A DNA stretch of 64,000 nt, from contig OY969561.1 of assembly GCA_963701085.1 (NCBI GenBank), positions 224,001 to 288,000 of the forward strand, in the 5' to 3' direction. This stretch comes from an uncultured bacterium (GTDB lineage: Bacteria; Babelota; Babeliae; Babelales; Vermiphilaceae). Positions 62,024-64,000 of the stretch are shown one piece after another. Each line of letters starts with the position of its first letter. Positions within the stretch are counted from its first letter, which is position 1. Made by a program: the position numbers and the translations under genes. The notes beneath the pieces were generated by a model. That model had not been told where the DNA came from. It did no database searches and was given only the letters and a program-made list of their open reading frames with translations.

Positions 62024-63097
62024 TCATTGTAAAAATACTGATAATTCTAAAGAATGTTGAGGATTAAAATTTTTGTTGCAGGTGGGGCATGTATCAGCTA
62101 AATCAACGTTGCCGAGGGGGCAAGTTTTTATGATATGTTCAATTTCCTTGGCAGAATTATTTTTTTTGAGATCTATCATACGCGGACAGTTTGGGTTGTT
62201 TTTCATGAAATAACGTATGCAATAATTTTCAAAGCAGTCAGTATGAAATGTTTCGTAACATTGCTTGATGGTTATGATGACATTATTATATTCAAAATTT
62301 TTTTTGCACAACAAGCAATAGTTGTAATCTTTTACGTGAAAGCGTGGGGGGTTGCCTTTGCCAGAAAGTTCAATTGTTTGTATAAATTTTTTAAGTGGAT
62401 TATTACCGTAAATTAATTCAGAATTGCTTTCAAATGAATCTTTGTAGCACATTTTTTTTGTGTAATCTGCTCCAGCCATAACAAGATCCCAATAGCATTG
62501 GGCCTTGGCTCTCCCCGCAGCAGCTTGTAGTGCGGTGGAATTATCTCCAGAACATTCACGGCCGATATGCTCTTTATTGTTGTTAGTAAGTTCTAATAAC
62601 AGTGCTAGGCATTCTGTTGATCCTGCTTTTGCAGCCAGATAAAGAGGAGTGTTGCCTATTCCGGTTGTGTTTTCTTTGTAGCAACGTGCGTCGTACTTTA
62701 TAAGTTCTTTTAAGCACTGTGTTTCATTTTTCCACGCGGCACTATGCACTGGTGTACTACCATAACAATTGGTGATAGTAAGTTTTGCGCCACGTTTAAT
62801 GAGAATGGGAATGCAGTGAGCATGGCCAAACCAGGTTGCAATATGGAGTGGGGTGTCGTTGAAATCACATTCTGTTGAGTTAACATCGGCGCCGAAATCG
62901 AGTAAGAGATTTATTTTATCAATATCACCTTCTTTTGCTGCAAGATGCAGTGGTGCTGGTGTTGTGTTTTGTTTATAAATAGGTCTCTTTATTTTCATTG
63001 CGTGTAGACTAGACATGTGTAAGGATAACAAAAGTACGGTAGAGAATAGCGTGATGGAATATTGTGAGAATAACTTTATGAATGTCGTTATTATCAT
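62024..63097 (-). CDS. Exported ankyrin + RING-like protein
   Basis: Several TPLH/TPLY ankyrin repeats; C-terminal CLLC...C..TFH.DC...CPTC. Confidence 0.85.
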   Translation of the reverse strand: MIITTFIKLFSQYSITLFSTVLLLSLHMSSLHAMKIKRPIYKQNTTPAPLHLAAKEGDIDKINLLLDFGADVNSTECDFNDTPLHIATWFGHAHCIPILIKRGAKLTITNCYGSTPVHSAAWKNETQCLKELIKYDARCYKENTTGIGNTPLYLAAKAGSTECLALLLELTNNNKEHIGRECSGDNSTALQAAAGRAKAQCYWDLVMAGADYTKKMCYKDSFESNSELIYGNNPLKKFIQTIELSGKGNPPRFHVKDYNYCLLCKKNFEYNNVIITIKQCYETFHTDCFENYCIRYFMKNNPNCPRMIDLKKNNSAKEIEHIIKTCPLGNVDLADTCPTCNKNFNPQHSLELSVFLQ

Positions 63098-63101
63098 GTT
63101 T

Positions 63102-63995
63102 TTATACTATGTTTTGGATTTGTTCACGCATTTTTTCAATTTCTACTTTTACGTTGATTGCATGAGTGCTGATTGTTGAATCAGAGCACTTTGAGGTAAT
63201 AGTATTGATTTCACGTCCTAATTCTTGGAGGGTAAAATCAAGACGTTTACCTTTTTCAGCTTCTGGTGAACTGAGCGTTTTTATTAAATGATCAAGATGG
63301 CTGTTGAGGCGGGTAATTTCTTCATGAATATCAATTTTATCAAGCATGGAATAAAGACCGCTTTTTTGTGCATTGGCGATTAAATTTTCATCGGCGCCAA
63401 TTTCTTGCAATGTTCCATGGACTTTTTTCTTCCACTCTTCAACAAAAACATGAGCTCTTTCAGTAATTATTTTCATCTCTTTTTGGATAGCCGCTATGCG
63501 GTTATCCAGGTCAATGGCTAATGAGTTTCCTTCAGTAGCTCTATCGGTGATAACTTTTTCAATAAGTTCAGTTACTGCGGTGAGAATTTGTTGAGTTGAT
63601 GCTTCATCAAGTTGTTGTTCTTCTTTGGAAAAGATGTTAGGCAGGCGCAATATATTATCAAGTTTTATTTCATCAGTGAGTGCATATTTTATTTTAATGT
63701 TTTTCATGGCGGTCATATAGCCATCGATAATGGTCATTGCCGGTGTAATTGATCCTTCAAAAACATTAGGATTGCTTAAATACGCGGTAAAATAGATATG
63801 TCCTCGGCGCAATGTTTCTTTGAATTGCTTAACGAGTGTTGTTTCAAGATGAGATAATCCAAGGGGTAGTTTTACAGACGCTTCAAAAAAGCGTGAATTA
63901 AGTGATTTTAAATTGATTGAAATGCTGGAACGTTCCCCTGATGGCATTGTTACAACAAATGTTTTTGATGCAAATCCGGTCATGCTTGAAATCAT
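63102..63995 (-). CDS. yicC: YicC/YloC-family endoribonuclease
   Basis: SMTGF, KSLNSRF, RG.I, DI.EEI.RL.SH, GKRLDF.LQE..REINT..SK, EKMREQIQNI. Confidence 0.95.
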   Translation of the reverse strand: MISSMTGFASKTFVVTMPSGERSSISINLKSLNSRFFEASVKLPLGLSHLETTLVKQFKETLRRGHIYFTAYLSNPNVFEGSITPAMTIIDGYMTAMKNIKIKYALTDEIKLDNILRLPNIFSKEEQQLDEASTQQILTAVTELIEKVITDRATEGNSLAIDLDNRIAAIQKEMKIITERAHVFVEEWKKKVHGTLQEIGADENLIANAQKSGLYSMLDKIDIHEEITRLNSHLDHLIKTLSSPEAEKGKRLDFTLQELGREINTITSKCSDSTISTHAINVKVEIEKMREQIQNIV

Positions 63996-64000
63996 ATATT

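Overview
This is an AT-rich bacterial chromosome segment. Its gene content is most consistent with a protist-associated intracellular bacterium of the Dependentiae/Babelota (TM6) type; that assignment is an inference, not a search result. Housekeeping genes include serS, an ATP-dependent DNA ligase, plsY, pgsA, secD, hemW, mreC, sppA, rpmE, prfA, ppsA, gatCA, rsmG, galU, pheS, dnaE, yicC and six tRNAs. These are interleaved with many signal-peptide-bearing, eukaryote-like candidate effectors: three F-box-like/ankyrin proteins, a Skp1/BTB-WD40, an ankyrin-RING, three degenerate macrodomain proteins, a tandem HIT, a PLD, a pseudo-clostripain, a collagen-like fibre, and a >1760-aa Sel1/TPR-like protein that the ORF track missed. 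Main observations: (1) Two nested families of short palindromic REP-like repeats occur at about 15 loci. The only candidate mobilising enzyme in the window is a small GIY-YIG nuclease gene bracketed tightly by a perfect 41-bp inverted pair of the repeat. (2) The second repeat family sits directly behind tRNA CCA ends, inside copies of the first family, and in frame within one protein. (3) About 13 exported proteins place a Met immediately after the predicted signal-peptidase site. (4) dnaE carries nine single-base insertions within 1.5 kb and pheS carries one frameshift; these are most likely assembly errors.
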